Program-made: the position numbers and the translations under genes | Assembly: GCA_973895155.1 (NCBI GenBank) | Contig: OZ316892.1 | Location: forward strand, 21,763,619-21,827,618 | Length of the DNA stretch: 64,000 bases | Direction: 5' to 3' | Source of the DNA: Marsupella aquatica | Lineage: Eukaryota; Plantae; Marchantiophyta | Notes under the pieces: model-generated | Seen by the model: the letters and a program-made list of their open reading frames with translations, nothing else | Databases searched by the model: none | What the model was told of the DNA's origin: nothing | Shown here: one piece after another, positions 12,601 to 25,169 of the stretch | Position numbering within the stretch: the first letter of the stretch is position 1 | Layout of the letters: each line of letters opens with the position of its first letter

Positions 12601-13099
12601 AGTTTCATCATGGATAACCCCCATGGACATCTTTGAGACTGCCCTGCTGAGCTTAGTCACTAGGTCTACTGGAGCCCTTCAGGCCTTGCACTCATCCGTC
12701 TTCTATAACACCAATCTCTGTTTTGCGCTGGAGGCCTTCCTTTTCGCAAATCCAACTTGACCGAAGCTTTACATAAATCGGTTCTAATACGTTCAATGAA
12801 TGTTTGACAGGTATGAGTGGCAAGAGGATCACTCACTACTTGGAGAAGACGAATTTCCGTACGAGCATGACTGGTTGATGGATCGATGGGTGTGGCATTC
12901 GGAGTTCTGGAGCGGCAACAGGGTCGCGTCTTTTGTCCCAGAAGATGAGGCCTGGAAATGTAGATATTGCTCGTTTGCAAATGTATGCTTGCCTTCCCAA
13001 CAATCCACGGAGGAGGAGGATACGAAGGAGGATATGACTGAGATTAAAAAGGAGGATGGGGATAAGGAGGATCTGCCTGATCACGGTCCCGCTACTTAA
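9657..13099 (+). CDS. EXO5: Exonuclease V (EXO5/DEM1 family, Fe-S PD-(D/E)xK nuclease). Exons 9657-10436, 10789-10893, 11084-11205, 11602-11751, 11878-12031, 12129-12217, 12811-13099
   Basis: Motifs LSVTDFTASEWCEKQ, AMKAGSARH, GLTREIPV, WVVGIIDEI, LVDTKTR, RLQLMCYK, YEWQEDHSLLG and WKCRYCSFANVC. All intron phases are compatible, and intron 2 has a GC donor. Confidence 0.93.
10512..10662. repeat. Two-copy 79-bp tandem duplication in EXO5 intron 1
   Basis: AGTACCAGT-AGAGGCTATTGGGTG...AATTTTGAAG starts at 10512 and again at 10591. Confidence 0.85.
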
Positions 13100-13617
13100 A
13101 TCTGCATCTTCAATCTTTGAAAATCATGCAACATTTTTAATTTGTTGGTAAAGGAATTATTTTTGGCTGACCTTTAGTTCAGTAGATGTGATGGGGGCCC
13201 AAAAATGGCCCTAAAATACTTTGGTTTGGTTCCAATACATTTGTCTGCTATACTTTGTCTTTTGTAACTAGGCCTCATTTCTTGGCATGATGACTTTATC
13301 ATTGAGGAGAATAAAATATTTTTCCCATAGCCTTGTACATGTGTACATATATTAAAGCATGAGACAAAAGGGAGACAAAAGGAGATGAGATTGAGCATTT
13401 AATGTTTTGTTTCTTTTTAGAGAATGTTTATTGCTATTGAATCCTTATGTATAGCATCTTTGAACAAGGGTGAGTTTTTCTTTCCAAACAATCATACTGA
13501 GAATTTATATTTTCTTTTAATCTTTGGAAACACTTAAGGTAAATGAAGGGGATGAATATAAAAGGGAAGTGTATAATACTCACTAGTTGTTGACTATGAA
13601 CATGTGATCATAACATA

Positions 13618-15313
13618 CTAGCTCAATACCCGTGCGTTGCACAAAGATGTTGTGACGGTCAAGATGTTGTTGAGAACAAAAGATGTCGTTCGGCCAAGAG
13701 GTTGTTGAGAAGAAAGATGACGTGTCGGCCAAGAGGTCGTTAAGAAGAAAGATGTCATGTTGCCCAATATATTGTTGAGAACAAAAGATGTCTTGTCAGC
13801 CAAGAGGTTGTTGAGAACAGAAGATGTCGTGTCGCCCAAGATGTCATTGAAAACAATAGATGTCGTGTCGGCCAAGATGTCGTGTCGGCCAAGAAGTCGG
13901 TGAGAACAAAAGTTGTCGTGTCCCGGCCAAGAGGTTGTTGAGAAGAAAGATGTTGTGTCGGCCAAGAGGTTGTGGAAGAAATAGAGGTCGTGTTGCCAAT
14001 GATGTCATAACGCGTTATGCCAAAGGTTTCGTTAAGTATAACAATGTTGTTAAGTACAAAATAGCTCAATACCTGTGCGTTGCACAAAAGATGTCGTGTC
14101 GCCCAAGATGTCGTTATTTGAAATATTTTGTGAAGTACAACAATGTAGTTAAGAACAATGAAGTTGTTTTGCCAAACATGTAGTTATGTGAAGACGTTGT
14201 CAAGTAAAAGATGTCGTTAAGAAAAAAGAAGCCATTTTGCCAAACATGTCGTCAAGTAAAAAGTTATCATCAAGTAAAAAATTGTCGTTAACAAAAAAGA
14301 AGTTGTCTTGCCAAAGATGTTGTTATGTGAAAGATGTCATGAATAAAAAGATGTCTTTGAGTAAAACGATGAAGTGGTGCCAAATGGTTCGTCATGTGAA
14401 AGATATTGTGAAGTAAAAAGATGTCGTCAAGTAAAAGTGTGCCTCTCGCCCGACACCTTGCCTGGTTAGGGAGGGGTCTGGGCCGGGTCCGGGGAGGTCC
14501 CGGGGAGTCCGGGCAGGGTCCGGGCAGGGTCCTGGCGGGTCTGAGCTGGGTTAGGTTGGGTCAGGGTACGTCGACTCCAGGGAAGTCCGGGTGGGCCGGG
14601 GCTGGGGTTCGGGTTGGGTCAAGCTGGGGTCCGGGGGAATCTGATGGAATATGCATCAAATTGCACGTTTTCTGGTCGTCATTTTCCCCATTTTACTATT
14701 TCTGGTCTTCTCTTTTTCACACTCCCCATCACTTCACTCCTTCGCCGCCCTCTTCCCCACCCATGTGAGATCGAGGGGCTACCCTACATTGTGAGTGTGC
14801 CCCTCGCCTGACACCTTGCCATCAACGCCCGTGCCATGCGCTTCACTATGTCTTTGGGGCTTATTATTTTTGTTTTTGTGGCATTGAAAATGACACTGCA
14901 ATGACTCTAAAAATCACCACAAATATTGGGAGAATAGTTTTTTTTATTGATCTAGTGACTAAAATGTTATTAGCAATTAAAATACTCTTACCAGTGTTAC
15001 ACAAAATTATGATGCACACAATATTGAATATATACAATACAAACTTGCATATGAGTACTACTGTACAATACTTGCATTGATGTATACTCCTTGATCCTTG
15101 TGCATGTTTAAGTCTTTCACTTTTTATTGTGTGTATTGTGTGATTGTCTTGGGCACTGGTAAAACTTTTTGTGACTCACACTAAACTCAATTCACACTTT
15201 GGCTTTATTGCTTATCTTTGACCAGATTTTTTAATTTTTGTGCCTTGCAAATTTGAATGACGACGGAGACGACCACTCTAAAAAGTGGCGCAACTATGTA
15301 TTCTAGTTCTTGA
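13618..15313 (-). mobile_element. Non-autonomous Helitron (copy 2)
   Basis: On the minus strand it starts A|TCAAGAACTAGAATAC (15313) and ends GTGCAACGCACGGGTATTGAGCTAG|T (13618). Subterminal arrays of GACATCTTGGCCGACAC-type units are shared with copy 1. Confidence 0.78.
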
Positions 15314-18259
15314 TATAGAAAGTTCAGCTTTTGTGACCAAACCCCCTTTGGTCACGGGCCTGGTTTACCCTGGTTTACCGAGTAGTCATCGACTTTAGTT
15401 CATTCATCTGGATGGTTGTAAATTACTTTCACAACATCAGTCACAGACACTTCATTTTGAAGACTGACTTCACTACTTTACGGACCTGCCTCCACGAATC
15501 AATCTCTGTTCTTAATCGATTTTTTGCCGGGTTTTGTATCTATTGGATGGGTCTGGCTGCTCTATTCTGTGAACCTCTTGCTAATAAAGACCGGCCCACA
15601 AAACTCGAAGTCAGCTGGACCCACTCATCGTGAGTTTTTCTTGCTCTCCATCTCAGGCACTGGTCCTTGAACAATGTATACCAAGCATTTTGACGTCAAG
15701 AACGAATCCTATGAGATCTACTGCATGTTTGAGGAGCTCATCTCGCACCAGAGCAAGTCATCCATTAAACATGGAGCAAGGCAAGGGCTCTTACCAACAA
15801 TCCTTGAGAACTTCATGGTTCATACGAAACAAGGTTCGCCACTATGTCTGATATCACGGAAAATCCGACGCTCCTGATAAATTGCCTGAAGCCCAGGATA
15901 TCAAATTGGGCTATCAGTGATCGTAGCCTCAGGAGCTACCTGTGGCTTCTCTGTCATTCGTAGGCCTTCTCCTGAAGTTTGTCCGGATTCTGTAAAATAC
16001 TCATTGTTGGGTTCCATTGACTCTCTTCAGTTCTTTTGCTTTGATTTCTGTCCCTCATGCAACGACCAACCGCATTGTGTTCGATAATTTCCTGAGGTAT
16101 GCGACTTGATGATTACTTCGGTTTTTCTCAGCAGCAAATTGAGGAAGCCTTATCGTCCTCTCTGGACTCTTTCTTTTTGGTTTGTACTTTTGTTATGCAT
16201 CGTATAAGTTTTCCGTGGGTTTTAAAGAAAAGAATTAGGAGTCCCGAATCGGGGCATTCTCCTCGAAAGGACAAGGTTCAACATGTTTATGCAACCCACC
16301 TCTACGATCACCTCAATTTGCTACCGAGAAAAACGTTACTCAGAAGCAAGAAGTAACACATAAGCTCAGTTTGCTCAGAAAGGGTATCTATACCATGGGA
16401 CGGGATACTCGCGCCACCGATGCTTCCATTTGGAGTGCGATGAATTAGAATCTGACGGGTGACAGGTTATCTCAAATGTAGAGAAGAGATTGTAAGCGTA
16501 GATTCCAGATTCTATCCCCCGGCCAGCCTTGACCTGCGTAGAACGAAATCTGTCATGGGGATTCAAATTGCCGCATCCATAGTGGGGGCGTAATGGATGT
16601 GCTGACTGTTTCGTCTGGGTGTCTGCAGCGCTTTTTTATGAACAGATACCGAGAATCAATCAGCAGGTCTACTTCAATGGAATTTGGAATTTTGAGAAGT
16701 TGTTGAACGGTCTACCGTATTTTCTTCCACCAAATCTTTCTCACCGTTCTTTTCCCATTCTTTCATTGAGAACCGGCGGTATTGCGATCCCGTTCAACCA
16801 CTTCTCAAAATTCGCTGAGCGGTATTGCGCTGTTTCCAGGACCGGATTACAACCCAACGCCGGGGAGCAGTTTTGCTCTGGTGGGTGAGTTTTGTTATTT
16901 TATGGATGGGATTATCTCAGAATGCGAAACGTCAACAATTCGTTAAAGTCTGTCACAATCGTGGTTGCATAGCTTCACACGGAAGACGGGGAAGAAGAGA
17001 AAGAGGGCATGTGCATATTGTGTAGCAAGTGCGAGGATCGGACTTGTCGCGAAGTCGTTCTCTCTGTCAGGAAGAAATGGATATGTCGAGCTATTCATTA
17101 CGATGTGTGAAGTTGGACTCCTCGGATTGGACAGGGAGGCAACCAACAACTCCTTGAGCAGAATTATAGAACTTCGCAGAATATTGATCCTGTTTAGATC
17201 TTTGCTACCGCTTCACCCTGATCCTGTTTAGTATCGGAACCTACTACTGCTACACCCTGATCAGCCGGAATTGATGAGACGAGGAAGAAGATTGCTCTCC
17301 GCCGCACTTCTCTCAGGCGAACTAGCGTATCGCGATTGATCTGTATATTTCGGCCTCTCCTGGCTTTTGATGGATTGAAGCAATCCTCCCAACTCATAGA
17401 AACCAAAAATTGGCAAGTGGGCGGGAGCGAACATCCATTCTTCAATTGAATGAATCCCTTGTATCAATTTTTTAGATTTTGAAATTTGGTGTCCTGTTTT
17501 TCGATCTTCAGATATGTTTTTGGTGAGGAATTCCCTAAACTTACGAACAAAATGAACGTCATGGTTTTCCTCCAATTTTGGCCGCTGACGAGTCAGTAGA
17601 GTGAGCAGTTCTTGGATTTGAAATGTGTCCGTGATTGGCTTCAACGTCTTCACTCTGTCGAAGCTCAGCCCTTACCGAGTTTTTTGCTGATCTTATTTTC
17701 TCTTCATATCACCTGTGAGTCAGTTATCTATTGTTAAGATAGCTTGCAATGACATCCCAAGTGCCCCTGTGGTTTTTTATAGAAAGGCCGATGAGAATTT
17801 TGTGAGTTATAAAACGTCACATGGCTTGGGAAATGGTCGGAAATCCCTGCTGCATTTCTCTTTCCTTGGGCTTGCATATAGATGCCCTTCTGCCGACGCC
17901 AGAGGGTGATGAATGTTTGCTGCCTCTTCAAATTTATCTGGGAGTGGATTACATCTCCCTGCTGCATTTCTCTCCCCGGGCTTGCACGTAGAGGCCCGCC
18001 AGTTTGACAAAGGCTGATGACTGTTGGCTTCCCTTGCAAATTTTCTGGAAGTGGATCATATCTGCCGCCAAACTCAGATTCATACTCGAGCTACATCTCG
18101 TAAGCGCTCCTGTGCAACCGATTTGAAAATTCCCAACTGGGTTGTTGCATTGGCGAACAATGAGGGAATTATCGTCAAAGCCCACTTGAGGGGGGCTTGA
18201 ATTCTTGAGATAGCCTCACAGTTATTACACTAACTCACCTCAAATTTGATTTGACGATA

Positions 18260-21200
18260 ATGACTTCCTCAATGTTTCATAACGGGGAGCAGCACCAGCG
18301 CCAATTCCAAGTTGACCAAGACCTAAAACACCCGGAGGAGAGAAGACACCGGTACGAAAATTTGAAGAGTTCCGTGGCGGTTTTGCGCTCCAGATTCCGC
18401 TCCACCCCTACCGGCACTCCCTGCCCCTCTTCTCCCTCCTCCCTACACACGGATCTGGTCCCCTACTCAAGCTACTTCTCATCAGCAGGAGCTTGTACCA
18501 CTATTAGTGACAAAAGCCGTTCCAGCTGCTTTAACAATCAAATTGAAGCCTGTAGCCTTCTTGAGAGCTATGCCATGCAGGCCCTTCGACTCGACTGTGA
18601 GGCACGGTTGAAGGTGAATATTCAACTTTACAATTGCTCGTTGTTCTTTCACGGGGGTAAATCGATCAAAACTTGTGTAAATCTTGAATTTGAGGTTTGT
18701 TGTGAATATTATTGACATGACTCGTGGGTATGCAAGTCCAAAAATGTGAGAAATGACGAGAGTTAATTGACGGGATGAGAAATCAGTTGATCAAAGGGTT
18801 ATCAGTATCGAATTTGAGCTTACGGAGTATGTTTTTGTATGCACTTATGATTTCAGAAGTAGTGATGTGGATCTAGAAGGTTGTCAAAGTTGAGAGCCAA
18901 TTCACGCAATGAATAACCGATTCTTCACGAGGAATGGGTATCAGTCCCGGATCTGAGCTCACAAAGGGTGTTGAGATGTCAATGTTATTGATCTGAGACT
19001 ACTTGTTATGTGGGTCGAGAGGGTTTTTGAAGTGACGAGAGCCAAGGAATGGAATGAGTAATCAGTCGATCAGGAGGGTTGGTATCATTCTCCAATTTGA
19101 GCTCCCGGATTGTGTTGATTGTAAATGTGATTGATATTGATCAGGTCTAATGTGATTCGTAAGGGTTCTGAAATGACGAGCTAATTAACGCGATCAGTAG
19201 TCAATTTGATCAGGAGGGCCGAGAGGAGCTGGAAAAAGTGCGTGAGAAGCTGAAGGACAAAGTACGGCGAACGGAGCTGTTTGACCGTGAGCTAGAAAAA
19301 CAGAGGAGGAAGCTTGAGGGAAGGATTGAATTCTTCTCAGAGCGTTGCAAAACCCTCGAAATGCAGTTGGCAGAACAATCTATCCATCACAAGGAGGTAG
19401 TCGGTTGAGCTTAGCAACTTTTCGAAGTATATTTGTTAGTGCGAGAAACCACTCGGGTCATGTTGGATTCGTAAATGGTGAACCTGTCAGGAACGTGAGG
19501 AATCACACTGTACCTTGAAGGAATGCCTAAATTTCGTTTGTTTATCTGACAGGAACTGTGGGCACAGTCCAAGGCATGCACTGCCTCACGGGAAGTAGAA
19601 GAAGAGGAAAGACGGCAGCAAACTAATAAACTGATTTCAAATTATGACGACACTGTGGCAAAATTGAAGGAGAACAATGAGGGACAACTTGCTGAGGTGA
19701 AGATGATCTCTAATTTTATGGCTCATGTATGTTTCTTGTCCGTCGAAATGCCTTTCCTCTAAATAGGCACGGAGTTTTCACCTTTCTATAGAGAATTAGC
19801 TCCAAGAGTAAGAAACTTGCTTGCAGAATAGACAACAAGGCCATAAATCAGTGTCCTTTGAAATCTTTGCGCTAGTAGGTAAGCACAGTCGGACGGCATG
19901 ATTGTCACACAACTCAAATGAAGTACAAGAAAATATATAGTGAATAGTGGACATATTGACAGATCCAGAAGTTGAAATCAGAACTCAGCATTCGACTAGA
20001 GCAGATGGAAAAGAATAAGCACAGCACCGAAGACCAGCTCAAGTATCTGGATGGGCAATTGAAGTTGGTGGTTCAGCAATCAGAAGCCTTCAAGATGAGC
20101 TGCGAGGAACAGGTTTAGTTCTACCTAGATAAAAGACGATTGCAAGATCAGGTAGTTTTGTGGTGGAGCTATGAATCGGAATTCTTTTCACAGGCAATAC
20201 CTGCTCTGAGGACTTAAAAGCAGTTTATAACTTTGAGTTGTCCTACCCTGTGTCATTCTCTTACTCTGATTACATAGCATAGTTTCCGCCTCAGACGGGC
20301 ATCAGATTACCATCACATGTTCACAATCTCGGTGAATGTTCTAATTCACATTAAATGGGGAACAGGAAAGAGAATGGAACATGAAACTACAACACATCAC
20401 GGCAATGCATCAGTACCAGACCAAGATTCTTAGTATGTAATTGTTCAATCATTTCATTTCCACCGTCAATGATCGTTGTTGACTGGAATTAGATCAGCTC
20501 GAAAAGTTTTGTAGCAGGTCCTTTTCGAACCCCTAATCTATTTTTTTAATGTGGCATGCTAATGCTTTTGGCAAAAAACGATCACTGGCTAATAAACCTC
20601 GAGACAAAGGCAGTTGCGAAAAGTCTTCCAACTCGAACAATAAGCTTGCACTTTTAAGGATGACGGAAAATTTTGAACAGCATGTCAAGCAGCGGGTTCA
20701 GGGTTTTTCCACTCTTGCTCATTAATGTCTATTAATGATCTCCTACGGCATGTAATTTGACCGGAGCCGGAACTGTATTGTGGCAGGTGAGGACTTTGGA
20801 TTTCAAATTGAAAAACTTAGGAAGGAGATGAAAGAGGAAAGGGACCAGCAAGACTCAAAGCTGCAAGCATACAAGACACAAAAGGTGGGCAACCCAACAC
20901 TGTAATTCTGATCACCCTCATCTAGTGAAAGAGCCTGAAAATGTTTTTTGCGCTAATAGTCGTAGATTGTGTATAAGTTGTAATCAGCTGATGCATGATG
21001 CAGTCCTACAGGTAACCAGTCAACTCTCGAACAGATCTGAAATTTTGTCCCCGTCTTCTTCTTTTTCGTTCAGTTGTCCATTCATTAGTTGTGTTTGCTT
21101 TATCCTGCGGATCTCAGACACAATGCTTTCGCTCTAGGCTGCATACTTAATTCGGATTTTGAGTCGAGCATGTCAACACAGTCTTTCTAGGGCACACTCT

Positions 21201-21495
21201 GAAATGTGCTCCATACTCTCCAGGAAAAGCATTGGAGTTCCCGAGTTGGAAAGGCTTGCTGCTCCAGGTTGTGCTGTGGCAGCATCATTTGACAAAGCAT
21301 TACCCGTCTGTGTGGATTCTGCAGCTTGTCGACATGGAGAATGTTGAGAAGCGTGTCAAGGGGGTGTTGGAGATCAAAGATTCCACCATCGCTCAACTGA
21401 AACTAGAGATGAAGATGTTGCACCAGCAAGTGAACGAATCTGTGAGCATGCTTGATGATAACTGTGAAACAGGCTCCCTTGTCAAACCTGTGTGA
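18260..21495 (+). CDS. Multi-exon coiled-coil protein with a CEP131/AZI1-like C-terminus. Exons about 18260-18613, 19214-19396, 19553-19696, 19963-20112, 20366-20436, 20614-20702, 20787-20884, 21325-21495
   Basis: Phase-compatible GT-AG exons encode E/K/Q-rich heptads. The last exon DMENVEKRVKGVLEIKDSTIAQLK resembles the CEP131 C-terminal E-x-V-x-x-R-V-K-x-x-L-x-x-K motif. The gene itself is well supported; its identity and the exon 5-7 edges are less certain. Confidence 0.7.
18725..19215. repeat. Degenerate tandem repeat (units of about 120-145 bp) filling intron 1 of the coiled-coil gene
   Basis: Recurrent GAAATGACGAGAG...ATCAGT-GATCA-GAGGG...TGAGCT motifs. Confidence 0.6.
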
Positions 21496-24400
21496 AAGTT
21501 GAAGTTGATGAAATGAAGTGACATACTCGAGGACATGATTTTGCATCTGTATGCTCTCTACAGTGTCGAGCATTTTTTGGGCACACCTGCACCGGCCATC
21601 AACATTTCCCCATGCAAGGGGCATGTTCTGGAAGCAAGAGTTGTTGTGATACAAACCATTACGATTGCTTTCATTACATCGCTCCCAATACAAAAGGTTC
21701 AGTTACGAAGGCTATCTTTGGCATGGCACACTTTACTGTCTATCTTTCTTTGTAATATAATGGCAGAAAGAAACTTTCATTCATTTCATTTCTCAGTACA
21801 TAGGCTTTGCAATTCAGGGCATCGAGTCCCCCACATATATTCTCTTTGGGCCAGTGCCAATATACTCCTCACCTTGGGGATTTCAAAGTCCTATGTCCCC
21901 TTGATTGAGAACCCTCCTTTCGGTGGCTGGTTTGAGACACTCCATTTTCAAGGATTCTCGATTTCATGCCTGAGAGTCATGAGTTATGAGAGTCCTCACC
22001 TTATTCAAATAAGCCTGTACCTGCATAAGAGCATGCGCACCAAACTGTCATTTGAAGGTTTAGCCAAGTGAAAAGGCGTCTAGAGGCCCCAATTCAGTCC
22101 TGCCTCAAGAGCAAACTCCACTGCTCGCTTTTTAGCAAAACCTGGCAATTTCTGCCAGTGGTGGAGTCTCCCCTGAGCCAGTTCCCCCCCTAGCCACAGA
22201 CCCATTAGCCAGGATATGGTTGTCATCCTTAAGTCTACGTAGATCTAACAGTCAGAAATTAATATAAGATAAGCAGGTAAGGAACATTTTTCGCATATTC
22301 TCCTTCACAAACGGTGACATTCCTTGGTATAAAATAAAATAAAGTTTACTCTCCAAGGAACCCTTTGTGTGCATGGAGTAACCCATGGCCCAAAGGGGGT
22401 TATATGACGCAATCCCCAGGGGTGGTTTTTCCCAAGGGAGGTACATTTATGGGCCCCCAGATGTCGCAGACTAACAACTGTAAACCCCAACTTTGCTCTA
22501 TTTTTTACCTGAAAGCTATGCATAAAATTGGATGACCCTTCCATTGAGCTAGCTAGGGGACCGAAGGCTCATAACCACCGCCACACCCCCCCCCCCCAAG
22601 GCTGGCAGGGTGTTATAGCTCACAACCATGCACCAACTGTCCATACAAATACAAAGACAAACGTACACCAAGGGCTAGTGATTCTAGGTGAATAGAACCT
22701 AGATAATATCGAGGGGATAGTTACAAAGCAGGACAAGGGAGTACGGATTAGTTTAGACTAATCCAAAGGTCGGGATGCTGCCTCTGCCAGGTTAAGCAGT
22801 GACCAGTCCCTATTGGCCCGAAAAACGCGAAAATCCGTCAGTGCAGAAAAAGTGGATTTATGGCTTTACCGGGCTTTAATAAGAGTGGTCTGCGGGGAGT
22901 TTGTTTTTTTATGTCCCTGCCCGGCGGGGCGGCTGGATTATTCTGCCGTTGCTGCCATCGTGTCAGGTTTTGTTTTTTTGGTGTTTGTTCGTGTTTTTAA
23001 TTCTTTCCCTAGAAACGCAACATTCTACTGAAAGTAAACGAAATGTTGGAATGCTGCTTTGTTTGCTTTTTGTAGTTTCTTTTTATGGGGGGAGTTTTGT
23101 GAGTAAATTAAACACTATAATATCCCATCCTACCCATTCTAATGATGTCGGTTTTCAGAATGTCATTTGAGTGGAAATCAATCATGGTTGTTGGCTGAAA
23201 AAAATGGAATATATTTGTGCATCCTAGCTTCGCAATCCATGCCTCAGCCACCCTCTATGCCTTGCCTTCCTATCCACGTCTCGGTAATCATGGCAACGCA
23301 CAAGCATTTGGCTGGTCTATGCTTTTGCTTGTGATCAAAGTCTACTGTTCTTCACCTACTCAATAGAGTGATACTATATGCCATAATTCTCTGCTAATCT
23401 AGTTTTAAATGTTTAGATATTAGGGATGGACATTGGGAGTATGGGTATGGAAGCCCTCGGCTTGCGCATACATATGTGTATTTGCACTCCCATTTGGCAT
23501 TCCTTGGAAGGCCAAGCCTGCTGGTTTTAGGGACTTTTAGACAAATTCCTTTTCGTGGCCAGGCTTTACAGTTTACTGCCTAGTAGGGATTTACTTCAGT
23601 AGCCGTTGTGGGGGACTGAGCTTGGTGTAGCTTTGGTCTCCCTAGGGTTTGCCCCTTGTATTCTTCCCTGGATGGTCAGATTTTGGCCAAATGTTCTTTA
23701 AGGGACCTCATTCCTTTCTCATTCTGTTATTTATTTAATTTTAATAAATGCATTACCTGACCATTTTTCTGGTAGAACTAGGGGTTTATCTTAAGTGACC
23801 TTTCCATATTTTCTGGTTGAACCAGGGTTTTATATTAAATACTCTATCTGACCACCTTTTCTGGCAGAACGAAAGTAAAGCATTAGTGACCTTTCCATTT
23901 CTCCTAGTAAAACTAAGGTGAAGCACCAGTGACCTTTCCATTTTTGTTCTCTCGGTTTTGTAACAGGCCAACTTTATTGCCTGCATTGAAGTGTGACGTA
24001 TCCAAAGCGATTTTTTGTAGTGGCCAAAATTTGCCAAATCCCACCTCCCCTGAAAAGCCTAGGTCACTTTTGGCTAAGATTTGCTAGTATTTTTCTGTCT
24101 AATTAGCTGGTGTTCCATCTAATCACAGGCCCTATTAGCCAGAATCTAATGGTCATCCTTAAATCTAAGGACATCTTATCATGGTCAGGAAAATAATCAA
24201 ATAAGTAATATTTTGAACATCTTCTCCTTCACACATTGGACATTCCCCACTCTGGCAAAAACAGAAAAACCCTAAAAAAATATGCTGATACTCACTACCA
24301 AAATTTTGAAGTGAGAGGCAACTTATTTTAAAGGCTTTTACTTTTTTGCTAGTGTGAGGACTGTGACCCAGTGTGAAGGAGAAGATGCTAAGACTACTAC

Positions 24401-25169
24401 TTATCCATTTTTTCTACATTATATTCTGATATCAGATCCTAGATTTTATAACTTTTATTGTTAATTTCCATTTTAATCTGCCTGAAACCAGGGAGAGGGA
24501 AAACTAGCAGGGCTAAGGAGACATGTAAGAGAAGAAGACCAAATAGGCCACAAAGAGAGACAGAGCAGCAAGGGTTCAGTGATCACTGGAAAACAGAGCA
24601 ACCCCTCCGACTCTAACCCATTTCAAAATGTGTCTCATATCAATGCATCAGAGAGCAAATTCATCCTAGATTCAAATATGGTTGTTTCTGGGTCTATGGT
24701 TAGGTGAAAAATTGACGACAAAATATCTAGCCAGTCTTCGCCCAGAAGGGGCGATATAATTTTGAAGGAGTGGAATCTGACAAAATTTTGCCAGGCTCAC
24801 TAAATAAAGGTACTCAGTATTTAAAATATTGAAGTGAGGTGTGAGTAAGTTACCCTGCCCCCAAAAGCGCGTCGCTAGGATTACTACAACTCCACTGTAA
24901 GTTGATTCTTTTTGCAAAGCGGTGGGCAGAGGGTCCCAACCAATGCAGTCCCTAAAGTGGTACCGTGTCCGCGCAGTGGGAGATCGGGAAAGATTCCCGA
25001 GGTGGGGACCAAAATCTGCCGACATATACTTGGCACGTGGTCCAACCATTGCCGCAGATTTGATTTGAGCAGTATTATAGGGGGTTTTTTAGTTACGAAA
25101 ATTCATCAAATTCCACAGTGAAACGCCTTTTGACACGCTAAGGTCATTGGGTGGTTGTAATGTTTTTTG

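Noticed and set aside
13630-14440. Regularly spaced repeats resembling a CRISPR array, and the ORFs over them
   Set aside because: The units are degenerate with no unique spacers and no cas genes. They are Helitron subterminal repeats in a eukaryotic genome.
21139-21230. Possible extra exon of the coiled-coil gene (AAYLIRILSRACQ...)
   Set aside because: An acceptor is present but I found no convincing in-phase donor, and the peptide lacks coiled-coil character.
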